From contig JBBQFN010000002.1 in the NCBI GenBank assembly GCA_038321985.1, positions 192,001 through 256,000 on the forward strand: 64,000 nt of DNA, in the 5' to 3' direction. The position numbers and the translations under genes are program-made. Under the pieces are notes generated by a model. The model saw only the letters and a list, made by a program, of their open reading frames with translations. It made no database searches and was not told where the DNA came from. This DNA comes from Cyanophyceae cyanobacterium. Its GTDB lineage: Bacteria > Cyanobacteriota > Cyanobacteriia > Cyanobacteriales > Laspinemataceae. Shown piece by piece: positions 1 through 10,300 of the stretch (its first letter is position 1; each line of letters begins with the position of its first letter).

Positions 1-1311
1 TCTCCCGAAGGGAATACCATTGCTGCTGCCGAACACGCTTTAGCGATGATGCTCTCCCTTTCGCGCTACATTCCGGATGCCAACCAGTCGGTTAAAAATG
101 GCAAGTGGGACCGTAAAAGCTACGTGGGCGCTGAGGTTTACAAAAAGACCCTCGGCATTGTCGGATTAGGCAAAATTGGCTCCCATGTTGCTGCGGCTGC
201 GAAGGCAATGGGAATGAAGTTGCTTGCCTTTGACCCTTTTATTTCCATCGAACGCGCCGATCATCTCGGATGCCGGTTAGTTGATATGGACTTGCTGTTC
301 CGGGAATCGGACTACATCACTCTGCACATTCCCAAAACTCCAGAAACTGCCAATCTCATCGATGCGGCTGCTATTGCTAAAATGAAACCGACGGTGCGGA
401 TTATCAACTGCGCTAGAGGTGGCATTATTGATGAAGCGGCTTTAGCCCAGGCATTGAGCGAGGGACGAATTGGGGGCGCAGCGATTGATGTTTACGAGAA
501 TGAACCCCTAGAAGCAGATTCTCCGTTGCGAAGTCTGGGAAAAGAAGCCATCCTCACCCCCCATTTAGGTGCTTCTACGGCGGAAGCACAAATTAATGTG
601 GCGATCGATGTTGCCGAACAAATTAGAGATGTCCTCCTGGGATTACCCGCGCGATCGGCGGTGAATATCCCCGGTTTGTACCCCGATGCGTTAGAAAAGC
701 TGCGACCCTACTTGCAACTGGCAGAAAACCTAGGCAATTTGGTCGGTCAGTTAGCTGGGGGTCGGGTAGAATCCCTAAATGTGCGACTACAAGGGGAGTT
801 GGCTGATAATAATAGCCAGCCGATTGTAGTGGCAGCACTCAAAGGTTTACTCTCCCAAGCCTTGCGTGAACGGGTTAATTATGTGAATGCCAGCATTGAA
901 GCGAAAGAACGAGGCATTCGCATCATTGAAACTCGGGATGCTTCTATTCGCGACTATATGGGTTCCTTGCACTTGGAGGCAAAAGGCTCTCTGGGGGATC
1001 ACTCCGTGACGGGTGCGCTGTTAGGGGATGGCGAAATTCGGATTACTGATGTTGATGAGTTCCCGATTAATGTCCCCCCGACTCACCATATGTTATTTAC
1101 TCGCCACCGGGATATGCCGGGAATTATTGGCAAAATTGGCTCTCTGTTGGGGAGTTTTAATGTCAATATTGCCAGTATGCAGGTGGGCCGCAAAATCGTG
1201 CGCGGGGATGCGGTGATGGTATTGAGCCTGGATGACCCCCTTCCGGAAGGGATTTTAGCGGAAATTATGAAGGTTCCAGGTATTCGAGACGCCTATACGG
1301 TAATGTTATAG
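1..1311 (+). CDS. serA: D-3-phosphoglycerate dehydrogenase (5' end outside window)
   Basis: Frame open from base 1 (SPEGNTIAAAEHALAM...). GLGKIG Rossmann motif, INCARGG, TPHLGAST, C-terminal ACT domain (DMPGIIGKIG...NIASMQVGR). Confidence 0.97.
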   Translation, partial: SPEGNTIAAAEHALAMMLSLSRYIPDANQSVKNGKWDRKSYVGAEVYKKTLGIVGLGKIGSHVAAAAKAMGMKLLAFDPFISIERADHLGCRLVDMDLLFRESDYITLHIPKTPETANLIDAAAIAKMKPTVRIINCARGGIIDEAALAQALSEGRIGGAAIDVYENEPLEADSPLRSLGKEAILTPHLGASTAEAQINVAIDVAEQIRDVLLGLPARSAVNIPGLYPDALEKLRPYLQLAENLGNLVGQLAGGRVESLNVRLQGELADNNSQPIVVAALKGLLSQALRERVNYVNASIEAKERGIRIIETRDASIRDYMGSLHLEAKGSLGDHSVTGALLGDGEIRITDVDEFPINVPPTHHMLFTRHRDMPGIIGKIGSLLGSFNVNIASMQVGRKIVRGDAVMVLSLDDPLPEGILAEIMKVPGIRDAYTVML

Positions 1312-1563
1312 GAGTAAAAGTTTCAGGAAGATAGAGGACGGGTTTTACGTCCCTGGTGTCAGGGTTGACTTGATTGCAGACAGTATTAAAGGTTTCCTGG
1401 GAATCCCAACGGGCAAAGTAGGTGGGTGATTCTATCGGGGATCAAAACCTGGAATGGTTGATGTCTGAAAGCGTTTGACCCTGACACTGTGCGATCGCCC
1501 CCCATTCTGTTCTCCCAAAACGACAGCAATCAACCGCAAATCAGGACTCGGAACTCACGGGCT

Positions 1564-2451
1564 ATGGCAAACAACTGGTGGGAAATACAAGTGCTCTGCG
1601 ATCCCGCGTTGGAAGATTTAATCTTCTTAAGGGTGGAAACTTTTGGGTGTCGCGGAACTGCCAGTGAGATGAAAGGCCATTCCTGTTTGATTTCGGCCTA
1701 CTTACCTCAGGAACAGGCGCATTTATTGGATTTAGCGGCCCTCTCTTTACTCTTTCGTCAAGATGCCCTCTGTGTAAATCTGCCGGTTCCAGCAGTCCAG
1801 TGGAATCTGATTGAGGAGGAGGATTGGTCTAGTAGTTGGAAGCAACATTGGCATCCAGAAGAAATCGGCGATCGCTTTGTAGTTAATCCAGCATGGCTCC
1901 CCATTCCTGAGACCGATCGCCTGGTCTTGCAATTGGATCCCGGGGTTGCCTTCGGGACGGGCGCTCATCCGACCACTCAGCTCTGTTTAGAGGCCCTGGA
2001 AATGCGCCTCGGATATGAAGAAACTCACGCCACGATCGCTGATATTGGCTGTGGTTCCGGTATTTTATCCATCGGTGCAATCTTATTAGGAGCCAAACAG
2101 GTTTATGCGGTAGATACTGACCCCCTGGCGGTGAAATCGACTCATCGCAATCGCGAGTTAAATCGGATTGATGAATCAATTTTGCAAGCCGCTTTAGGTA
2201 GCATTGAGATGGTTGCACAACTCAGTTCAGAACCCGTTGATGGCATTGTTTGCAATATCCTGGCTGAAGTGATTATTGATTTAATTCCCCAGATGGATGC
2301 GATTTCTAAACCGAGCACTTGGGGGATTATTAGCGGGGTTTTATTAGAACAAGCAAAACCTGTGGCTGACACCCTAGAACAATATGGTTGGGTCGTTGCC
2401 ACACTCTGGCGGCGCAAAGATTGGTGCTGTTTTACAATCCGCCGAAATTAA
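1564..2451 (+). CDS. prmA: 50S ribosomal protein L11 methyltransferase
   Basis: [38 protein letters not shown] motifs. ATG at 1564 preferred over the GTG at 1489. Confidence 0.95.
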   Translation: MANNWWEIQVLCDPALEDLIFLRVETFGCRGTASEMKGHSCLISAYLPQEQAHLLDLAALSLLFRQDALCVNLPVPAVQWNLIEEEDWSSSWKQHWHPEEIGDRFVVNPAWLPIPETDRLVLQLDPGVAFGTGAHPTTQLCLEALEMRLGYEETHATIADIGCGSGILSIGAILLGAKQVYAVDTDPLAVKSTHRNRELNRIDESILQAALGSIEMVAQLSSEPVDGIVCNILAEVIIDLIPQMDAISKPSTWGIISGVLLEQAKPVADTLEQYGWVVATLWRRKDWCCFTIRRN

Positions 2452-2500
2452 CTCTTTCCTTTCTCTGGAAAGCTGCGCTTAGAGTATGCTTTGGGGATGT

Positions 2501-3091
2501 TTAAGGGGAGGTTTTAAACAACCGAGGACGCGCGTAAGTATAGAAATAGGCGATCGCAGATAACCCGGCGATCGCCACCATGACTCCTCTACCGATTCCA
2601 GAAGATACCCCCGGAAAACTCACCGCTGTTGCCACCCATACCCCTAAAACTTCCACCAGGGCGACGATTCCCCCATAATGCTGGGGATCCCAGTAAGAAA
2701 TCGGACTGATTAGGCGATAATCGCTCAAAGGGAAAAAGTGCCGGTGCGCATCATCGTGATGAACGGGCAAGTCTCCTAGGGAATGTAGCACCATACTCAT
2801 TAATATTATTTGTCCCGTTTCCCACCCGCAATAATGGGCCACAATTGCGGCTAAAACGGCGATAGGAATTGAATGAAATAAAGCCACCCAATTCTGAACC
2901 CCGGGTTGCCAATAACTCTGTGTCCAAATTTGACGTTCAGGCAGTTTTTGAATGAATTTCGCCCAAAAATAGAGCAGAAATATAGGCAGATCGGGAAGAA
3001 TGGCACCCACAACGATCGCCAAATTCGCGTGCGGAAAGGGAAGCGAGGTAAATATAGCGAGATTGATGATCGCGTGGCTGGGTGTATTCAT
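2501..3091 (-). CDS. Membrane protein, putative membrane-bound metal-dependent hydrolase
   Basis: N-terminal TPSH, GAILPDLP, FHS and HSLGDLPVHHDDAHRHFFP His/Asp motifs; several hydrophobic helices. Confidence 0.65.
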   Translation of the reverse strand: MNTPSHAIINLAIFTSLPFPHANLAIVVGAILPDLPIFLLYFWAKFIQKLPERQIWTQSYWQPGVQNWVALFHSIPIAVLAAIVAHYCGWETGQIILMSMVLHSLGDLPVHHDDAHRHFFPLSDYRLISPISYWDPQHYGGIVALVEVLGVWVATAVSFPGVSSGIGRGVMVAIAGLSAIAYFYTYARPRLFKTSP

Positions 3092-3233
3092 CCGGGATTT
3101 CTTCGGTATATCAGTTCTCCCCCTTAGGATATCCGACTGGCTGCAACCATTTCCTACCGCGTCCCTACATCAAGATGACAAACCTCCTGGGGAATGCTAC
3201 GGATTCGCCCCAAATTAGCCTCCTCCGGTTTCC

Positions 3234-3551
3234 TTACAGCAGGGATTCGAGTTGGGGAATCAGGGTTTCAGCGCTGACAAATCCCTCAAATCGCTGGACA
3301 GGTTTTCCCTTTTTAAATAAAACTAAGGTAGGCAAAGCATAGATGCGATGGTCTGTTGCCAGTTGCTGATATTTTTCCGTATCAATTTTAACGACCTGAA
3401 GCCGATTTTTCAGGCGATCGTTCACTTCCTCCAGTACGGGACCCATCATTTGACAGGGACCGCACCAAGCAGCGTAGAAATCCACGAGAACAGGGGTTTC
3501 TGACTCCGTGAGCATTTCTTCAAAACTGGCAAACTGTTTTTTAACGGTCAT
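3234..3551 (-). CDS. trxA: Thioredoxin (probably y-type)
   Basis: VLVDFYAAWCGPC active site, 105 aa, ALPTLVLFK. Confidence 0.93.
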   Translation of the reverse strand: MTVKKQFASFEEMLTESETPVLVDFYAAWCGPCQMMGPVLEEVNDRLKNRLQVVKIDTEKYQQLATDHRIYALPTLVLFKKGKPVQRFEGFVSAETLIPQLESLL

Positions 3552-3822
3552 ACACTTAAACGGCTCTTTTGAACCGAGGATTACAATATCTCTATGATAG
3601 CTAGAGCGTTGATATCCGGTGGGAGGGGATAAATTTTAGGGTGTGCACCCTGGGTTAGAGGTTCCCTACCTCCTGGGGCTAATCTCCCAGTTTCGGCCCT
3701 GATGTATTGCCCCCTCCTAGAAACCTGAGCAGGGTATTTATACAGGGTGAATTTTTTAAAGGGTTGATTTATGCTGGTTATAGGATAGCAAAATTAGGGA
3801 CAATATGGAGGCAAAATAACGA

Positions 3823-4659
3823 TTGGTAACAATGGGATTAAATATTGGAATTATTGGCTGTGGTTATGTGGGTATGGCGTTAGCTCGTCGATGGCGGGAA
3901 TTCGGACATAGTATAACGGCGACAACGACTCGGGGCGATCGCATCCCGGAACTGGAACGGGTGGCGCAACGAGTGGTAGTGCTCAAAGGAAATGAACCGG
4001 AGGCACTGGCATCGATGGTGGAAAACCAAGAAGTCATTCTGCTAAGTGTGGGTGCAAGCCAGGGGACAGTGTATCAAGAAGCCTATTTAGACACGGCTAC
4101 TACCCTGGTGCCGGTGTTAAAGCAAGCCCCCAGAGTCCAACAGCTTATTTATACCAGTAGCTATTCCGTGTATGGGGACCAACAGGGAGCATGGGTGGAG
4201 GAAACCTCCCCAGTCACTCCGGCAAATGACAATGGGCGCATTCTTGAACGCACTGAACAAGTCTTGTTAGACGCACAGAGCGATCGCCTGAAGGTCTGTA
4301 TTCTGCGTTTAGGGGGAATTTACGGACCTGATCGAGAACTGGTAAAAATTTTTAGTCGGATTGCGGGGACAACTCGTCCCGGCAGTGGGGAAGACTGGAG
4401 CAATTGGATTCATTTAGAGGACATTGTAGCGGCGATCGCCTTTGTCTGTCGCCACCGTTGCCAGGGGATTTACAATCTGGTCAATGATGTCCCCTTGCCC
4501 ATGCGAGAACTGCTTGATCGCTTGTGCGATCGCCACGGTCTCGCTCCTATTTCCTGGGATCCATCCGTTGCTTCCGTGCGTCCGTATAATGCGCGGGTAT
4601 CGAATGGGAAACTCAAACGCGCGGGCTTTCAATTGCGGTATCCAGAAACCAATATCTAA
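3823..4659 (+). CDS. NAD-dependent epimerase/dehydratase (atypical SDR)
   Basis: IIGCGYVG, YTSSYSVYG, LRLGGIYGP, NWIHLEDI. Start may be the ATG at 3832. Confidence 0.88.
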   Translation: MVTMGLNIGIIGCGYVGMALARRWREFGHSITATTTRGDRIPELERVAQRVVVLKGNEPEALASMVENQEVILLSVGASQGTVYQEAYLDTATTLVPVLKQAPRVQQLIYTSSYSVYGDQQGAWVEETSPVTPANDNGRILERTEQVLLDAQSDRLKVCILRLGGIYGPDRELVKIFSRIAGTTRPGSGEDWSNWIHLEDIVAAIAFVCRHRCQGIYNLVNDVPLPMRELLDRLCDRHGLAPISWDPSVASVRPYNARVSNGKLKRAGFQLRYPETNI

Positions 4660-4806
4660 CACCCAGGCTATTCCCTAGGCGATCGCCTCACGGCAAGAAG
4701 TTATACAGAATGCCGGAGACACGCTCGCAATATCTGAAACGGCGTGTCTCCCTATAGAGATAAATTTTTTCTAACCCAGGTAAATCATTATAGACTATGG
4801 CCCGCC

Positions 4807-5019
4807 TTACGCAATGCTGCGACTTTCCCGTTGAGGTTGGCGAGAAGACACGCTGGAAAGATCGATTAAGCGTTCTAGCTGCTGTACACGCTGACGCGGT
4901 TTGACGACCATGGCAGCCAAGTCGGGCATCTCTTGCCAGCAATGGGGGCAGAACCAATAAACACCACTATTACGAGCATGGCGGAGTAAGGAACTTGAGC
5001 AGCAAGGGCAATTGTTCAT
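4807..5019 (-). CDS. Small zinc-ribbon protein (cyanobacterial hypothetical)
   Basis: ATG start; CPCC...LLRH...YWFCPHCWQEMP gives two CxxC pairs. Confidence 0.8.
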   Translation of the reverse strand: MNNCPCCSSSLLRHARNSGVYWFCPHCWQEMPDLAAMVVKPRQRVQQLERLIDLSSVSSRQPQRESRSIA

Positions 5020-5135
5020 GATTTTTTTAAACCTGTTTCAGAATAATAAATGAGTAAGTCGAACCTTGAAAAGAGAAATTTGCAGTTCGGGCACAAGAGG
5101 TGATCGCATCCAGGGCGATCGGTCTGCGAGTCCGG

Positions 5136-5363
5136 TTAATTTCCACCTAAACGCCGTGCTTTGGAGAAATAAAGTTTGTCCATACCGAGGACAAGTCCAA
5201 CAATTAATAACTGCACGAACCAAGGTGCTAAGGCAAAGCCCCAGATAAAGCAAACCACCGCTGTTAAAGCTGCCAGTACAAAAGGAACGTCAGAAGAAGA
5301 TCGTAAATAAACCCAGACAGATCCAAAAGAAATGGTTAATAGCGTTAGATAGGCGGCGGGCAT
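5136..5363 (-). CDS. Small membrane protein (75 aa)
   Basis: ATG at 5363 with AGGAG 9 nt upstream; 2-3 hydrophobic segments and a basic C-terminal tail. Confidence 0.7.
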   Translation of the reverse strand: MPAAYLTLLTISFGSVWVYLRSSSDVPFVLAALTAVVCFIWGFALAPWFVQLLIVGLVLGMDKLYFSKARRLGGN

Positions 5364-6257
5364 GGTTAGGGACTCCTGGCACTTCAATCGTTCGTCAGTC
5401 CGAGCTGAATTCAGCTCATATGATTGAAGTTAAAGCAAGAATGTGAAGATAGCGTGAAGAGTAAGGGAAAAATCGAATTTTTTTTTATTTTTTTTTGAGC
5501 CGTCTTTTGGGAGGCCGATTCCTAGTCTGTTTTTATTTTTTTGGGGGGTCATATTCCAGGAGCAACCGGGAGAGATCTAGGAGGGATCGCGGTATATTCA
5601 CTTAAAATCAAGGAGAAACCTTTTGAGGATCAATCCCACCCGCCTAATTTTTACTGTTTTACAGTCTGTTGGGTAATGCAGGGTAATATCTATAAATAAC
5701 CCGGTAACTTCATCTACCTAAAGGAAGATCTAATCCCCTAAAATGGAGGTGTAAAAACCCAGCCATTTTAAGTGTACGGAACGGGGAGCGTCCCGGATCA
5801 AGGGTTTCTTCACGGGGATAAGAAGGAGTTTATTTACCTAGGTCATTGGGAGAGTTAAGGGGGTGGTTTGGAGTATTACCCTAGAAAGCTAAAGCGGGGC
5901 ATTGGGATGATGATCAAAGACGGAAATAGGCTGGAAAAAGGCAACTGCGCGACCCCTGGATTGATGATTGAAATCCAGATTTTCTCTTTTAGGTGTCCTG
6001 ACAACTGCGACCCTACTCCCGGCGCGGCCAAGCCTTTTCGGGATCCCGAAGCGGCAGGTTCAAAGATGATTTTCTGGCTTTAAACCGGCGATCGCGAAAT
6101 TAAAAAGCATCGGCGGTATTCCCGATATAAACGAGCAAAGCTCAGGAAGCATCCCTGGACGGGTTGCATCCCAAGTGGGGAGAATCAAACCACAAAAAAT
6201 ACCCCCTTCCCTTACCCTTCGAGTTAGGCCGGGGGTAAAATAGGCAGGTCAAACTAC

Positions 6258-6512
6258 TCACAGGTCGTTTGCGATCGTGAGTTCAGTCGGTTGACAGCGG
6301 TGAATGTAAACAGCAAACCCTTGAGCACCTTCACTTTCGAGATCTTCCAGGTAGCCGGCTTTATAGCCCTCGGCTTCTTTGGCACTCATAAAGGGGCCAA
6401 AGTAGTAGGTACAAGTCGGTTCGGCAGTAACAATTTCAATCCACCAAGCAATCCCCAGCTTTTCCAAATAAGAAGTAAAAGTTTCTTCAATCGTTTGTGC
6501 TATTTTCATCAA
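6258..6512 (-). CDS. DUF1816 family protein
   Basis: WWIEIVTAEPTCTYYFGPF...GYLEDLESEGA...RCQPTELT matches the family pattern as I recall it. Confidence 0.85.
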   Translation of the reverse strand: MMKIAQTIEETFTSYLEKLGIAWWIEIVTAEPTCTYYFGPFMSAKEAEGYKAGYLEDLESEGAQGFAVYIHRCQPTELTIANDL

Positions 6513-6655
6513 GACGCTCCGCGATATGGGGGACTATAGTTACTTACGAGCTTATGAGGGTGATTGTACGCAAAAAAGAGCCGGCGAACCGCTAATGGGG
6601 ACACATTTTAAAAAATAATCATAAAAAACTGGGGAATGTCGGGGGATACTGGAGA

Positions 6656-7036
6656 CTAAGACTCCCAGCCTAGAGCCGATGCCACCTGAGCGGCTAGATT
6701 CATCGGTTCAAAAGGCTTTGCAATCACTGAGTTTACTCCGAGTTCTGAAAAGCGGCGCTGATCGGCATAAAGAACTTTTGCCGTGAGCAAAATTACTGGA
6801 ATTTTTTGGGTTGAAGGATTAGCCTGGAGCTTTTTAAACGTAGCAGGACCATCCATATCAGGCATCATCACATCCAATAGAATTGCATCCGGTTGTTTGG
6901 CTTCAGCTACCTGGAGTCCTTCATTTCCCGAACTAGCGGTTAATACTTCCCAACCTCCAACCATTTCTAGGCTGAGTTGAGCAACTTCTCGGATATCATC
7001 TTCATCATCAATGACCAAAATTCGTTTAAAATTCAC
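6656..7036 (-). CDS. Single-domain (CheY-like) response regulator
   Basis: ILVIDDE, ILLDVMMP, LLTA, AKPF. GTG at 7036 preceded by GGAGG. Lies downstream of and co-oriented with the histidine kinase. Confidence 0.93.
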   Translation of the reverse strand: MNFKRILVIDDEDDIREVAQLSLEMVGGWEVLTASSGNEGLQVAEAKQPDAILLDVMMPDMDGPATFKKLQANPSTQKIPVILLTAKVLYADQRRFSELGVNSVIAKPFEPMNLAAQVASALGWES

Positions 7037-7381
7037 GCAGACCTCCTGAAACAAGTAGCAGCCCTGACTCTGATGAGCAGGGACGAACAACGAAACAGAG
7101 CAGGGTCATCCCCCACCCTCGGGATCTCAGTTTTTAGTGAGAACTAAGAGTCTGAGACAAGGACACGATTTATCGATCGCCAGACGATTTAGGAGAAAAG
7201 ATAGGAGCTTAGAGAAGCAGGAGAGCAGAACCGAAGTCTCGCCTCGGTAACGGCTGCTCGATTTTTCTATTTTAACGGCTAGAGGACCCAACGGGAAAAT
7301 TTCCTTTAGGGGGAGTGGGGCTTACCCCCAAAGAAGAGCAGCCCCAAATAAAAGTGAGGGAGTTAGGGGATTGGGGATTGG

Positions 7382-10300
7382 TCACGATCGCCGTTGAAAT
7401 GGAGCGATCGCCTCAACAATTGGCGAGGCGATCGCAGGGTTGCTGCTGGGACCTTTCTGGGCGGGTCCTGGATGCTCTGGAGTCAAGGGTTCTCCTAGGC
7501 GATCGCCCGCTTCCTTCCCCTCTGCTTCCTCCAAATTTCCAGACTCGGTAGAATCTGTGTTTCGGTCCCAGGGGTCAGGCGAGTGGGTTTCCACCGGCAG
7601 GGTGAAATAGAAGGAACTGCCCTCTCCAACAACACTTTCCACCCAAATTTGACCGCCGTGATGTTCCACAATACTGCGACAAATGGCTAAACCTAAGCCG
7701 GTACCCCCCTTCTTGCGAGAGTCAGAGGCATCGACCTGTTGGAAGCGTTCAAAAATCGACTCCAGTTTATCCAAAGGAATCCCTCTTCCTTGATCTTTGA
7801 TGTGAAAGAGCACTTCCGGATGAGCAGAGTTGGGGAACCCCTCAGACCCTCCGGAAGTGAGAGATGCAGATAACCACACCGTCCCCCCTTCCGGGGAGAA
7901 TTTCATCGCATTACTCAGTAAATTGGTCAGGACCTGAAAAATGCGGTCGGGGTCCGCCCACAATTGAACGGGAGTCGGGTTAACGGTAATCGTCACCCCC
8001 GCCTTATCTGCCATGGTCCGCATTGCATCCGCTGCCTGAATCGTTAAATCAGCGGCATTACAAAACTGAGCGCTCATCGTCACTTTACCCGACTGAATGC
8101 GCTCTAAATCCAGAATGTCATTAATTAAACGGACCAGCCGGTCCGTATTGGACACGGCGATCTGTAACATCCGTCCCGCCTTTTCGGGATGAGACTCTAG
8201 CAGTCCATTCGCCAGCAGACTCAAGGATCCGCGAATGGAAGTTAAGGGGGTTCGCAGTTCATGACTCACCACCGAAATAAATTCATCCTTCATCCGTTCC
8301 ACCCCTTGGCGTTCAGTAATATCCTTAAACGTGAGGACCGCCCCTTTGATTTCATTTTGTTCTTGAATAGGGGTACTGATGTATTCCACAGGAAAACTCG
8401 ACCCATCGTGACGCCAAAACACCCCAGTGCCGTGATGAACCGAACCATCGGCGATCGCCGCGTAAAGCGGGGCGCACCCATTATCCACGCCCCCTGCGCC
8501 GCCATCGTTAGGGTCGCCCCCCTGGGGTGTCACAAAACTCGGTCCTAAAATCATCCTCAACGGTGCGCCTAACAATTCCCCCATTGAATATCCCAACATT
8601 TTCGTCGCTGCGGGATTGACAAACGTAGTATTTCCTCCGCAATCCATCCCACAGATTCCTTCACCTGCGGAATTCAAAATTAACTCATTTTGATGACGCA
8701 GCCGTTCCAGGGAATCTTCAACCCGTTTAAGGTCCGTTACATCTCGGGCGATCGTTGAAACTCCAGTAATGCGCCCTGCGGCATCCTTAATTGGAGAAAT
8801 TGTTAACGAAACATAGATAGGTGAACCATCTTTTTTCAGATGCACCGTTTCATAATGATCAATGCTAGCCCCTTGGCGAATCCCTTCGAGGAGGCGTAAC
8901 TCACTTTCTTGACGGTCCGGCAATACCAAAATCGAAATCGATCGCTCCTTCACTTCCTCGGGGGTATAGCCATAAATTCTCTGAGCCCCGGTATTCCAGC
9001 TTAAAATAGTTCCCTCTAAGGTCTTGCCAATGATCGCATCATCGGAAGACTCGACAATCGAAGCTAGACGCAGACGTTCCTCCTCTACCTGCTTGCGTTC
9101 GGTGACATCGCGCCCAATCACCACCAACCCTTTGCGGCTACCATCTCCATGAAAGAGTGGCACTTTCAGGGTATCTAAAATAAGTTCTCTGCCATCGGAA
9201 CGGGGGATCACTTCTTCTTGATGGGAGAGAATCCCATATTGCCATGCCTCTTCATCCGTTTGTTCACATTGCACAAAAGCCTCGCGATAAAACGGGACTG
9301 ATTCACCAATCTCAGAATCTTTTTTCCCCAGGTAATCCACCCCTTCCAGGTCAAAGACTTTTAGCATGGCTTGGTTAGCTTCTAACCAAGCCCCGCGTCC
9401 GTCTTTAAAGCAGATGGCATCGGGCATGGCATTAATTAAGGTTCGTAATTGTTCTTCGCTTTCTCGCAACGCCGCCTCAGCCTGTTTGCGATCGGTAATA
9501 TCGGTTAATACACAGATTGACCCGACTCGTTTATTGTTTTCGTCCGTCACCGCATCCGCACGCAGCCAAATGGAGATCGTATTGACTGGGCTGTTGAATT
9601 CCAAGCCTAGGGGTGAGACAAAGCAACGGGGAGTCCGTCCATGCATGAGCACTTCCGAACTCCAGCTATTCCCCTGACGGATTAAATTAAAAACTTCTTC
9701 CCCAAAGCTGGAGTCGGCAAATAGAGAAGGTAATCCACCTGCCTGGTTGAGTTCCTCAATGGTGCATTCAAATAAATCTAGGAAGGCGCGGTTGTGATAG
9801 ATAGCCTGACCCGTGATATCGATGGTTAGGACCGCATCACTGGTACTTTCCACCGCTTGGGTAACGCGGATCAAGGCTTCTTGAGCTTGTTCGCGCCGGG
9901 AGATTTCCGTCCGTAACCGTTCATTGGTCCGCTGGAGTTCGGCTGTGCGTTCTGCCACCAGTTCTTCGAGGTGATTGCGGTAGAGTCGCAGTTCTTCTTC
10001 CGCGAGTTTACGCTCGGTGATATCCTCGACTAAGCCGATCGCAAATTGCAAAGAGCCTTGGGTATCTCGAATTGAAGATACACTCAGCCGTACCCAGACC
10101 CAGTTACCTCGGGCGTGGATGTAGCGTTTTTCTAATTGGTAGCGATCGAGCTGACCCGCGAGGAGTTCCTGAAACAGTTGTCGGGTGATGGGCCGGTCCT
10201 GGGGATGAGTGATCCCTTCAAAAGTGAAGTCGCGCAACTGAGCATCGCTATAACCCAGCATGGCTTGAAGTGCGGGATTTGTTTTCAAAAATCGCCCCTC

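Noticed and set aside
5704..5717. Exact NtcA-like GTA-N8-TAC
   Set aside because: Six fixed bases are expected many times by chance in 64 kb, and I found no well-placed -10 or nearby target gene.
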